NCBI GenBank assembly: GCA_050250375.1 | Contig: JBFWOS010000002.1 | Coordinates: 901,149 to 965,148, forward strand | From: Candidatus Omnitrophota bacterium | GTDB lineage: Bacteria; Omnitrophota; Gorgyraeia; Zapsychrales; Zapsychraceae | Reading direction: 5' to 3' | Length of the DNA: 64,000 bases | Shown: piece by piece, positions 52,833-60,929 of the stretch | Layout: each line of letters starts with the position of its first letter | Numbering within the stretch: position 1 is the stretch's first letter | Made by a program: the position numbers and the translations under genes | Notes under the pieces: model-generated | What the model was told of the DNA's origin: nothing | The model's input: only the letters and a program-made list of their open reading frames with translations | Database searches by the model: none

Positions 52833-53155
52833 AAACAAATAAACTCGTACAAAAACTGATGACTAAATGGAAAATCACAAGCATGTGGGATTTTACTGCT
52901 ATCATGCTTGTATTTTCACTGGCCGGGATGTTTGTGGTCAGGGTCAGAAAACCATTTTTTGCTTTGATTGGAATCACCAAAGAAACTCCTTTTTTAGTCA
53001 AATTCTTTTGCTGGCTGTTGGTTATCTTCCCCAGTTACCAGCTCGGCTTGCTTATCTTTGGTTTTCTATTGGGACAATTTCCATTTTTCTGGGAAAAAGA
53101 AAAGCAGATGTTCAGGGCCATAAAACGATTATTCTCACCGAACAAAGTTAATTAA
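52829..53155 (+). CDS. Hypothetical membrane protein (108 aa)
   Basis: Three hydrophobic segments. Its start overlaps the upstream small ORF's stop. Confidence 0.5.
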   Translation: MKTNKLVQKLMTKWKITSMWDFTAIMLVFSLAGMFVVRVRKPFFALIGITKETPFLVKFFCWLLVIFPSYQLGLLIFGFLLGQFPFFWEKEKQMFRAIKRLFSPNKVN

Positions 53156-53165
53156 GATTAACTCC

Positions 53166-53579
53166 TCAAAACACATACAGCATCAAATAAATGACCACAC
53201 CTGTCACCGAGACATACATCCAGACCGGATAAAGCCATTTCGTAATCCGGATATGTTTGCGATAGTCCCCTTTCAATGCAAAATAAACCGCTGCTATGCA
53301 GAAAGGAACCACTAATGCAGCGAGCGGCGTGTGGGTGATCAGGATGGTAAAATACACGAACCGGATAATGCCTTCTTTTGTGTATTTCGTTGAACCGTGT
53401 AAATAATGGTAGGTCAGATAGGAAATAAGAAATACCGTTGAGACAACAAGCGCTGATATCATCAATTTACGATGGGCCATTTGGTCGCCGCGTTTAATCG
53501 CCTTATAACCCAACACCAACAATACGCCGGCTGAAAAATTCAGACAGGCATTGATCATCGGTAAAATTGTAATATCCAT
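53166..53579 (-). CDS. DUF420 family membrane protein (commonly linked to heme-copper oxidase loci)
   Basis: 137 aa, 4 TM. N-terminus MDITILPMINACLNFSAGVLLVLGYKAIKRG matches the DUF420 pattern as I recall it. Confidence 0.6.
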   Translation of the reverse strand: MDITILPMINACLNFSAGVLLVLGYKAIKRGDQMAHRKLMISALVVSTVFLISYLTYHYLHGSTKYTKEGIIRFVYFTILITHTPLAALVVPFCIAAVYFALKGDYRKHIRITKWLYPVWMYVSVTGVVIYLMLYVF

Positions 53580-54175
53580 TAAAACCTCTCTTTAAGCAGG
53601 GCGCTGGCATCTTTGAATAAACGATTGATCTCCTCAGTATTTGTCCCTTCATAATACCCACGAATAAAACCGCTACGGTCGACCAATGGAAAATAACTGC
53701 TGTGAAAAATCGGCTCATCGATCTTCCCGAGTTTAAATTGCGTGACCGTTATATCCCTGATATCCTCTCTTTTTCCCGTCAGAAAATACCAATTCCCTTT
53801 CCCTTTGTTCAGGGGCGTCGAATACGCCTTTAAAATTTCAGGGGAATCCATTTCCGGATTTACAGTGAATGAGACCATCTTTACCGCGGGGACTTTCTCA
53901 AAAGTCCGGCTGAGCGAGGCCATATGTTTTGTCATAACCGGACAAACATCACTGCAGGTGGTAAAAAAGAAATTGGCAATCCAGACCTTTCCGTGCAATT
54001 GTCTTGAATCAAACGGCTGCCCATCGGAATCGGTGAGAGCAAAAGAACCAACCCGCCCAAGGATTGGTAATTGCGGAATTTTTGAAATTTTTTGAAATGA
54101 ATATACGGCGAAGATGCCCGCCAATAAAACACTCAAACCAGCAACCGATAAAATGAGTTTTTTATGTTTCACCAT
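53579..54175 (-). CDS. SCO1/SenC copper chaperone
   Basis: N-terminal TM anchor and a thioredoxin fold with the CSDVCP motif (FFFTTCSDVCPVMT). Confidence 0.85.
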   Translation of the reverse strand: MVKHKKLILSVAGLSVLLAGIFAVYSFQKISKIPQLPILGRVGSFALTDSDGQPFDSRQLHGKVWIANFFFTTCSDVCPVMTKHMASLSRTFEKVPAVKMVSFTVNPEMDSPEILKAYSTPLNKGKGNWYFLTGKREDIRDITVTQFKLGKIDEPIFHSSYFPLVDRSGFIRGYYEGTNTEEINRLFKDASALLKERF

Positions 54176-55035
54176 TAAAATTGAACATCAAGCATGATTA
54201 ATGTTAACAAAACCGGAAGATAAATGACTGTAGCTCTTAACAGTTTACGGGCATCAACGATTGAGCGGGATTTAATAAAAATTTCACTCATAATCAATAA
54301 AAGAATGCCTGCCACTAAGGCACCAACAAAATAAACCGCCCCGGAAAGCCCGGTGAGCGCAGGAACTAAAGAAACAGGGATCAGCAATAACGAATAATAA
54401 TGGATTTGCTGAAACATACTCCCTCCGTCCTCTTCAACGCACGGAAGCATTTTAAAACCGGCCTTTTTATAGTCTTCCTTAAACATCCAGGCAATCGCGT
54501 AGAAATGCGGATGCTGCCATATAAACAAAATTAGGAATAAAATTCCGGCGTCAAAATTCAGCGTCCCGGTAGCAGCCGCCCAACCGCCTAACGGAGGCAT
54601 CGCCCCAGGAAAAGCACCAACCGTGGTGTTGAGCCAGCTCACCCTTTTCATCGGGGTATAAACGAGTACATAGAGAAACGCGGTCAGTAAACTCAAAAAC
54701 GAAGTCAGGATATTTACCTCAATATACAGAACAAAAATACCGGTCAAACATAAAAGGACACCGAACTGCAGGGCATTAGCCGGCTTCATGCGTTTGGCCG
54801 GCAAAGGCCGTTTTTTAGTCCTGTTCATTTTTGAATCCAGTTCCCGTTCAAGATAATGATTCAGGGCCGCGGCCCCGGCGCAGACGAATCCAACCCCTGT
54901 TAAAAGACAAAAGAGTGTCCAATAGGATTTTATTCCATGACCACCAAGGTAATAACCAATCGTGGCCGTAATCAGAACCATGAAAACAATTCTGGGTTTC
55001 GTTAATTCAATATAATCTTCAATTATCTTTTTCAT
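54175..55035 (-). CDS. ctaB: Protoheme IX farnesyltransferase (heme O synthase)
   Basis: UbiA-family. NHYLERELDSKMNRTKKRPLP motif. 286 aa. Confidence 0.9.
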   Translation of the reverse strand: MKKIIEDYIELTKPRIVFMVLITATIGYYLGGHGIKSYWTLFCLLTGVGFVCAGAAALNHYLERELDSKMNRTKKRPLPAKRMKPANALQFGVLLCLTGIFVLYIEVNILTSFLSLLTAFLYVLVYTPMKRVSWLNTTVGAFPGAMPPLGGWAAATGTLNFDAGILFLILFIWQHPHFYAIAWMFKEDYKKAGFKMLPCVEEDGGSMFQQIHYYSLLLIPVSLVPALTGLSGAVYFVGALVAGILLLIMSEIFIKSRSIVDARKLLRATVIYLPVLLTLIMLDVQF

Positions 55036-56009
55036 AATTCGGAAAATTTCTTAAAACTTAAAGGCGCTATGCGTAATAACAATAAAAATGTTACCCCTAA
55101 TGTAGCGGCCCCCGTCACCACATGTAAACTGGTAATCACCGGAGATTTGATTGTCAAAATTGTCATAATCCCGAGAATAATCTGAAAGAAAACGATACCA
55201 TCCAGACAGAGGATCGTATTCCTTATCTTATCCTTGTTAGGTAATTGACATTTTAGACCACTTACATTTAAAACGCAAACACCAATCACAATAACACCGG
55301 CCCAGGCTCTGTGCATCAAATGCAGAAAAACATTGACCATCGTAACCGGATCCAAATCATAATCAAACCGCCAGCTATTAATGTTGTTCAGCATGTCCTG
55401 GTTAAACGACGGCCACCAGCTTCCGGCTATCGTTGGAAAATCATAAACGGCTAACCCGGATCCCGTGTGCCGCATGACCGCGCCTAAAATCAGCTGAATA
55501 TAAATACAAATGAGCAGGACGACACCGGTGACTTGTAAAACCGGATCAACTCCGTCTTTGACAAAGGCCCGCAGCTGGCGTTCTTTGGATTGAGAATAAG
55601 CGATAAAGATCGTTAAGAGAAAGAATGTCTGGGCTAGTACCCCGTGCGCAACCGAAACCGGCGTCGGCAAATAAAACAAGACCGTTAACCCTCCGAGCAA
55701 TCCTTGAACGATAACGGCGCCAAGGGCCCAAAAACCGCACACCTTCACCCATATTCGTTCTTCCTTAAACGCTAACCAGACGGCCAAAGTCAACATCAAA
55801 AACCCGACAAAAGAAGCAACCATGCGGTGGCCATGCTCATAAAATACACCCCCCACCATGGGCGGAAATAACGTCCCGTACGACAACGGCCAATCCGGGA
55901 CTGCCAGCCCGGAGCCCGTGGATGTCACCATCCCGCCGACAAAAATAAGAACTAACGTCGAAAAACAGGTGAGTTTTGAAAACCGCCGCAGCCAGATATT
56001 TTTGTTCAT
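55032..56009 (-). CDS. ctaA: Heme A synthase
   Basis: COX15/CtaA fold with 8 TM and conserved His (HRMVA; HLMHRA). Overlaps the ctaB start. Confidence 0.85.
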   Translation of the reverse strand: MNKNIWLRRFSKLTCFSTLVLIFVGGMVTSTGSGLAVPDWPLSYGTLFPPMVGGVFYEHGHRMVASFVGFLMLTLAVWLAFKEERIWVKVCGFWALGAVIVQGLLGGLTVLFYLPTPVSVAHGVLAQTFFLLTIFIAYSQSKERQLRAFVKDGVDPVLQVTGVVLLICIYIQLILGAVMRHTGSGLAVYDFPTIAGSWWPSFNQDMLNNINSWRFDYDLDPVTMVNVFLHLMHRAWAGVIVIGVCVLNVSGLKCQLPNKDKIRNTILCLDGIVFFQIILGIMTILTIKSPVITSLHVVTGAATLGVTFLLLLRIAPLSFKKFSEL

Positions 56010-56048
56010 ATTAAATTTTAGATAAAAACCGGAAGGAAAATCTATTGA

Positions 56049-56834
56049 TTAATTCCAGAAATCGTCGAAGCCTTCGCCGCCCTCTTCGCCAAGGACAGGA
56101 GCATTCCGCTCAACCCAGGAATCATATTCATCCTGATGATGGATGAACAATTGTCCCCGCATCCGGTAATGTCCGATGCCGCATAACTGGGCGCATCCGA
56201 TTTCCGATTCTCCGGATTTAGTCGGCGTGAACCATGTCGGTATGCTCATTCCGGGAATTGCGTCCTGCTTAACCCGCATGATCGGCAGGGCAAAACTATG
56301 GATAACATCTTTAGATGACAAATGGATAATCGCCGGTTTTCCGATGGGTAAATGCAACTGATTGATGGTTGTAAAATCATCCTTCCCATTCGGATCATCC
56401 GGATCAAGACCTAACGGATTTGTCTGTGTATCCACAAACTTCGCATTGGCGCTCCCGAATATGCCGTCGGCACCGGGATACTGAATATTCCAGGCGAATT
56501 GCTCAGCAATCACTCTGACTTCAACAACATCCTTCCGGTTCGGGTATGCATTGACTTGTTTTGCCCAAAATGGAATGGAAAAACCGATAAGCAGTAATGT
56601 TTCGGCAATAACAACCCCAACCTCTATATAACTCGATATATGCGACCGGACTCCATGATAATTCGCCTTTGGATTCATCTTTTTATTAAATCTTAACAGA
56701 GTAAAAATAAAAAACAGCCCCCATCCAAAAAGCAATCCAAACATCAACATATGGACAAGGATAATGACAAAATCTATTTCATATCCATGTGCAGAAGCAA
56801 CAACCGGCAAAAATAACATTTTTGAAATATTCAT
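56049..56834 (-). CDS. coxB: Cytochrome c oxidase subunit II (CuA), no cytochrome c domain
   Basis: Two N-terminal TM helices and the CuA site HSFALP...CAQLCGIGHYRM. No CxxCH motif anywhere in the 261 aa. Confidence 0.9.
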   Translation of the reverse strand: MNISKMLFLPVVASAHGYEIDFVIILVHMLMFGLLFGWGLFFIFTLLRFNKKMNPKANYHGVRSHISSYIEVGVVIAETLLLIGFSIPFWAKQVNAYPNRKDVVEVRVIAEQFAWNIQYPGADGIFGSANAKFVDTQTNPLGLDPDDPNGKDDFTTINQLHLPIGKPAIIHLSSKDVIHSFALPIMRVKQDAIPGMSIPTWFTPTKSGESEIGCAQLCGIGHYRMRGQLFIHHQDEYDSWVERNAPVLGEEGGEGFDDFWN

Positions 56835-56851
56835 ATGCGATTAAAATCTTT

Positions 56852-57067
56852 TTAGGCTAATTTTGATCTTTTTCTTGTGTTTAAAAAAAACATTCCCAAC
56901 AATACCAGAATTCCAGATAATACTCCCAATAATAAAAAAATCCCCCATTTTAGTCCGATGAGCATAGGTGATTCAGGATCACCTCCAAAACAAACAGAAC
57001 AAGCCTCTGCAAGACTTGAACTGCTCAATAGAATAGACATTAGACAGAATTTAAACGCAAGTTTCAT
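56852..57067 (-). CDS. Small membrane protein with CxxC (71 aa)
   Basis: Signal-like N-terminus, then CSVCFGGDP, one TM helix and a basic tail. Lies between coxD and coxB. Confidence 0.45.
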   Translation of the reverse strand: MKLAFKFCLMSILLSSSSLAEACSVCFGGDPESPMLIGLKWGIFLLLGVLSGILVLLGMFFLNTRKRSKLA

Positions 57068-57068
57068 C

Positions 57069-57263
57069 TTATACCTTTATTTTCTTGGCAAAAATAATAC
57101 CATAAACGATAAATCCACCCGCCATACCCAGCGCGGCAAACGTCGACAATAAATATCCGACGGAATGTTTTAACGTGTACTGATTATACGCCCAAAACGC
57201 AAAAAAAACCGCTAACGATACGGTCGCTACAACGAAAACAAGATGAAATCCTCTCAGGCTCAA
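57069..57263 (-). CDS. Small two-TM membrane protein (64 aa)
   Basis: Two hydrophobic helices. Its stop abuts the next start and its start overlaps the coxD stop. Confidence 0.45.
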   Translation of the reverse strand: MSLRGFHLVFVVATVSLAVFFAFWAYNQYTLKHSVGYLLSTFAALGMAGGFIVYGIIFAKKIKV

Positions 57264-57670
57264 TGGTGTCCCTCCTCCGCTTTTGGATGCTCAGCGGCAA
57301 GCCCATGGGCATCGGCGTTTTGATGCGAGGAATGTGGTTGAACCGTCGTCTTGTAATCCATATTTAAATCCCTGGTCCCGTGCGGGACACTGTAATAACT
57401 GCCAATGATAAGCCCCATCATTCCCGTAAAAAAAATAACCGTTAGGATCAACACGAGATATATGACCTTTTTCTCGTGGCTCAAATGCATAAAAAAGGAC
57501 GCTACCAGCGAGGCTTTGGTGGTTGCCACCAGCAAGGCCAAGAAGACAGCCAAAAAAAGTCCGAGTTTCAGATTACTGATCGCCACCGTGATAACCGTTA
57601 GCACGGCCAGTGAACCGAAAACTTTATAATATAATATAACTTCTTTTTTTAAATCTTGGGTTTCGCTCAT
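57260..57670 (-). CDS. coxD: Cytochrome c oxidase subunit IV (prokaryotic CoxD-type)
   Basis: Three TM helices and a His-rich C-terminus. Start trimmed to the MSETQDL Met so it does not overlap coxC. Confidence 0.7.
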   Translation of the reverse strand: MSETQDLKKEVILYYKVFGSLAVLTVITVAISNLKLGLFLAVFLALLVATTKASLVASFFMHLSHEKKVIYLVLILTVIFFTGMMGLIIGSYYSVPHGTRDLNMDYKTTVQPHSSHQNADAHGLAAEHPKAEEGHH

Positions 57671-57672
57671 AT

Positions 57673-58266
57673 TTAAAGTAAATAAAGGATTGGAAATAGA
57701 AAAATCCACACCAAGTCGACAAAATGCCAATATAACCCGACCACCTCTATGCGGTTGATAAACCGCTGGGGTTGGGTTTTAAACATCTTACTCCCCGGAA
57801 AAAAAAAGTATAACAACACAACTAAACCGCCGAGAATATGAAACGCATGCAACCCGGTGAGTGTAAAATAAATCGCGAAATAGGTGTTTTCTTTTGGAAA
57901 TAAATGGTGTGAAAATTTCGCTCCGTATTCAAAGGTTTTGACAACCATAAAAATAAGCGCGAACAGGATCGTCAATCCTAACGTCAGCTTGAACCGTTTA
58001 AAATTATTTTCTTTCAAAGCCACCCAGGCCAAAACCATCGTCACGCTTGAACTGATAAGGACCATCGTATTCAGTGTTCCTAACGGCACATTCAGGACAT
58101 CCGCGCCATGAGGCCAGACCGGCGCACCAATACGAAGAAGCACATAAGAAGAGAATAACGCACCGAACAACATGACTTCCGACGCCAAAAATAACCAGAT
58201 CCCGAATTTCGCATTATAAAGACCCGTATCTTCCCTGGCCTCAATTGTATATGGGATTGTATCCAT
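57673..58266 (-). CDS. coxC: Cytochrome c oxidase subunit III (short form)
   Basis: 197 aa, 5 TM, COX3 motifs (FGALFSSY; TGLHAFHILGG). Confidence 0.85.
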   Translation of the reverse strand: MDTIPYTIEAREDTGLYNAKFGIWLFLASEVMLFGALFSSYVLLRIGAPVWPHGADVLNVPLGTLNTMVLISSSVTMVLAWVALKENNFKRFKLTLGLTILFALIFMVVKTFEYGAKFSHHLFPKENTYFAIYFTLTGLHAFHILGGLVVLLYFFFPGSKMFKTQPQRFINRIEVVGLYWHFVDLVWIFLFPILYLL

Positions 58267-60062
58267 TAGCTTTTTTCCTTTGCCGCAGCCTGTACCGGAT
58301 CGGCCGTTTGTTCGACTAATTCAATTGTTTCTTCAAATTGCGGGGAAAAATCTTTCTTTGCGTTTGGCACGCTGTATTCATACGGTCCCCGGTAACAAAC
58401 CGGCTCATGAGTAAAATTTCCGTGTCCGGGCGGTGAAGGCGTGTCCCATTCAATCGTCGTGGCATCCCATGGATTGTTATTTGTAATTTTTTCTCCTTTG
58501 AATATACTCCAAAAGAAATTGATCATGAACGGAATTTGTGCCAGGCCTAGCCCCCATGCGGCCCAGGATGACGTAATATTTAAATGCAGGACATCTTTAC
58601 TGATCGCATACCCTGCGCCACCATCATAGAGCCTGCGTGAAATTCCGGCCAATCCGATGATAAACATAGGCATAAATATATAATTCATGCAGACTAATGA
58701 CGGCCAAAAATGAATCTGTCCTAAAACTTTATTCATTTTTCGACCCGTTGCCTTGGGGAACCAATGATATATCCCCGCAAAAAGGGCAAAAATTGTTCCC
58801 GGAGCAACAATATAATGAAAATGCGCGATAACATAATACGTGTCGTGTAAATAAATGTCGGCCGATGATAACCCCAAAGGAAGCCCTGTGAGCCCGCCAA
58901 TACCGAACATCGGCAGAAAAGCCAACGCGAACAACATCTGGGTATTAAACCGGATGGAACCACCCCAGAGAGACAAAAATAAAGCAGTAAGAATGACAAT
59001 GGATGGGATGGAAATGATCATCGTCGTGGCCTGAAAAAAAGAACTGATCGCCGTTCCCATGCCGGTCAAATACATGTGATGCGCCCAGACGATAAAAGAC
59101 AGAAATCCAAGAAAAATGACTGAATAAACCATGGATTTATATCCCCATAAGGGTTTCCTGGTGTTATTTGCAATGACTTCAGAAACAATACCCATGGCCG
59201 GTAAGATTAAAACATAAACTTCCGGGTGGGCTAAAAACCAGAAAAGATGCTGCCATAAAAGCACACTTCCCCCACCGCTAATATCCAATGTCTGTCCGCT
59301 GATCACCAGTCCTGACGGCATAAAGAAACTTGTATGGGCGACCCGATCCATTAATTGTAAAACACCGGCAGCTAATAAAGGTGGAAACGCTAAAACCAAT
59401 AAAAATGAAGTAACTAATTGTGCCCAGACAAAAAACGGCAGCCTCATAAAGGTTAGTCCTTTTGCCCTCAATTGAAAGATGGTGACAATAATATTAATTG
59501 AGCCTAATAAGGACGACTGTATCAAAAAGGTCATGCCGATGATCCAGAATGTCTGCCCGATAGAAGCAACCACCGCCAGGGGAGCATAAGAAGTCCATCC
59601 GGACGATGCGGCGCCCCCCGGCAAAAAGAAACTTCCTAACATAACAATCCCGCCGACAAAGTACAACCAATAACTGGCCATATTTAATCGAGGAAAGGCC
59701 ATATCCGGCGCTCCCACTTGCAAAGGAACAACAAAATTACCAAATGCACCAACGGCAAGCGGAACAACCCCCAGGAAAACCATAATCGTCCCGTGCATCG
59801 CTCCTAACTCATTGTAGAATTCCGGCAACATGACTCCTCCGGGCATCCGGGATTCGCCAAATAATTTTCCAATAAAAGGCAGGGCCTGTTCAGGATACGC
59901 TAACTGCCAGCGCATCAGCATAATCAGACAAAATCCAAAAAACAGAAAAAATAAAGCTGTGATCCCGTATTGAATGCCGATCACCTTGTGGTCTGTAGAA
60001 AAAATATATTGCTTCCAGAACGGAAGTTTGTGGGTCTCGTGGTGGTGATGTTGGTCGCTCAT
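58266..60062 (-). CDS. coxA: Cytochrome c oxidase subunit I
   Basis: 598 aa, 12+ TM, with heme a/a3-CuB His ligands (WAHHMY; HFHYI; conserved GGxxG tracts). The N-terminus carries a His4 run (DQHHHHETH). Confidence 0.95.
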   Translation of the reverse strand: MSDQHHHHETHKLPFWKQYIFSTDHKVIGIQYGITALFFLFFGFCLIMLMRWQLAYPEQALPFIGKLFGESRMPGGVMLPEFYNELGAMHGTIMVFLGVVPLAVGAFGNFVVPLQVGAPDMAFPRLNMASYWLYFVGGIVMLGSFFLPGGAASSGWTSYAPLAVVASIGQTFWIIGMTFLIQSSLLGSINIIVTIFQLRAKGLTFMRLPFFVWAQLVTSFLLVLAFPPLLAAGVLQLMDRVAHTSFFMPSGLVISGQTLDISGGGSVLLWQHLFWFLAHPEVYVLILPAMGIVSEVIANNTRKPLWGYKSMVYSVIFLGFLSFIVWAHHMYLTGMGTAISSFFQATTMIISIPSIVILTALFLSLWGGSIRFNTQMLFALAFLPMFGIGGLTGLPLGLSSADIYLHDTYYVIAHFHYIVAPGTIFALFAGIYHWFPKATGRKMNKVLGQIHFWPSLVCMNYIFMPMFIIGLAGISRRLYDGGAGYAISKDVLHLNITSSWAAWGLGLAQIPFMINFFWSIFKGEKITNNNPWDATTIEWDTPSPPGHGNFTHEPVCYRGPYEYSVPNAKKDFSPQFEETIELVEQTADPVQAAAKEKS

Positions 60063-60074
60063 AGTGTTATTGTA

Positions 60075-60791
60075 CTACTTTCCATCAGGGCGTTGAAATG
60101 TAAAATCGACTTCTTTTGTTTCCCCTTCCGCGAGTGTAACCGATACTCGCTGCGGGTTTAAGCGTTGATGCCAGGCTTCAAGGACATAAGTCCCGGCCGG
60201 TAAATTATCAATCGTGTATTCACCGGTTTCATCGGATGTTGTAAAGAATGGATTGTCGGTCACTGTTATGTACGCGGTCATCCAGGGATGGACATCACAT
60301 TTCATTTCAAACATAAATTCTTTTTTATCGAAAACCTTTGTTGTTTCAGCCCGGAATTTTGGCATCGCCAAATTAAATTCCGGATTAATTTTAGACAAAG
60401 CATGGACGTTATGCAAGGTCCCATCCGGGTTCAGAATCTTCACCGGTTGGCCGGCCATGACCCCCAGGACCGGCGGTGTATAGATACAACCCGCTTGCGT
60501 TAAGACAACCGGTTCGGTCGGAACAGGATAATCCTTCTTGGGCAATCCTTCCACAATATGCAAGAAAACATTTTTCATTTCCGCATTCGGACCTAATACG
60601 ATCGTCTGCGGATATACTTTATCTGAATGTTTGGTTAGACAAACAGGATCCGCTCCCATCTTGATCTCCCGCAATTTTGGTATTTTCCCATTATAAACAA
60701 TCTTGCCTTTAATGGTTGCGGCGTAAGAAACATGTGTTTGGATAAGGACGAATATGAAGAAACTGAAAAAAACTGAATTGATTTTACGCAT
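60075..60791 (-). CDS. Secreted amicyanin-like cupredoxin with C-terminal beta-sandwich extension
   Basis: Signal peptide. PDGTLHNVHAL and KCDVHPWM match the amicyanin type-1 Cu ligand motifs (PHNVHF; CTPHPFM). A further about 70 aa follow the Cu site (…TGEYTIDNLPAGTYVLEAWHQ…). Confidence 0.55.
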   Translation of the reverse strand: MRKINSVFFSFFIFVLIQTHVSYAATIKGKIVYNGKIPKLREIKMGADPVCLTKHSDKVYPQTIVLGPNAEMKNVFLHIVEGLPKKDYPVPTEPVVLTQAGCIYTPPVLGVMAGQPVKILNPDGTLHNVHALSKINPEFNLAMPKFRAETTKVFDKKEFMFEMKCDVHPWMTAYITVTDNPFFTTSDETGEYTIDNLPAGTYVLEAWHQRLNPQRVSVTLAEGETKEVDFTFQRPDGK

Positions 60792-60929
60792 TTATTTCTT
60801 ATAAATCTAATAATATTAATTAGTCCAGAGTTTCGTATAATATATTTCAATTGAGGAATGTTGTCAAGGAGGATTAATAGTTTTAAAAGGGTGATTCCCT
60901 GCCTCGAGAATCACCCCTTCAACACTTTG

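Noticed and set aside
57671-57730. N-terminal 20 codons of the coxD ORF overlapping coxC
   Set aside because: The internal Met (MSETQDL) begins exactly 3 nt after the coxC stop. The longer form would overlap coxC by 58 nt.
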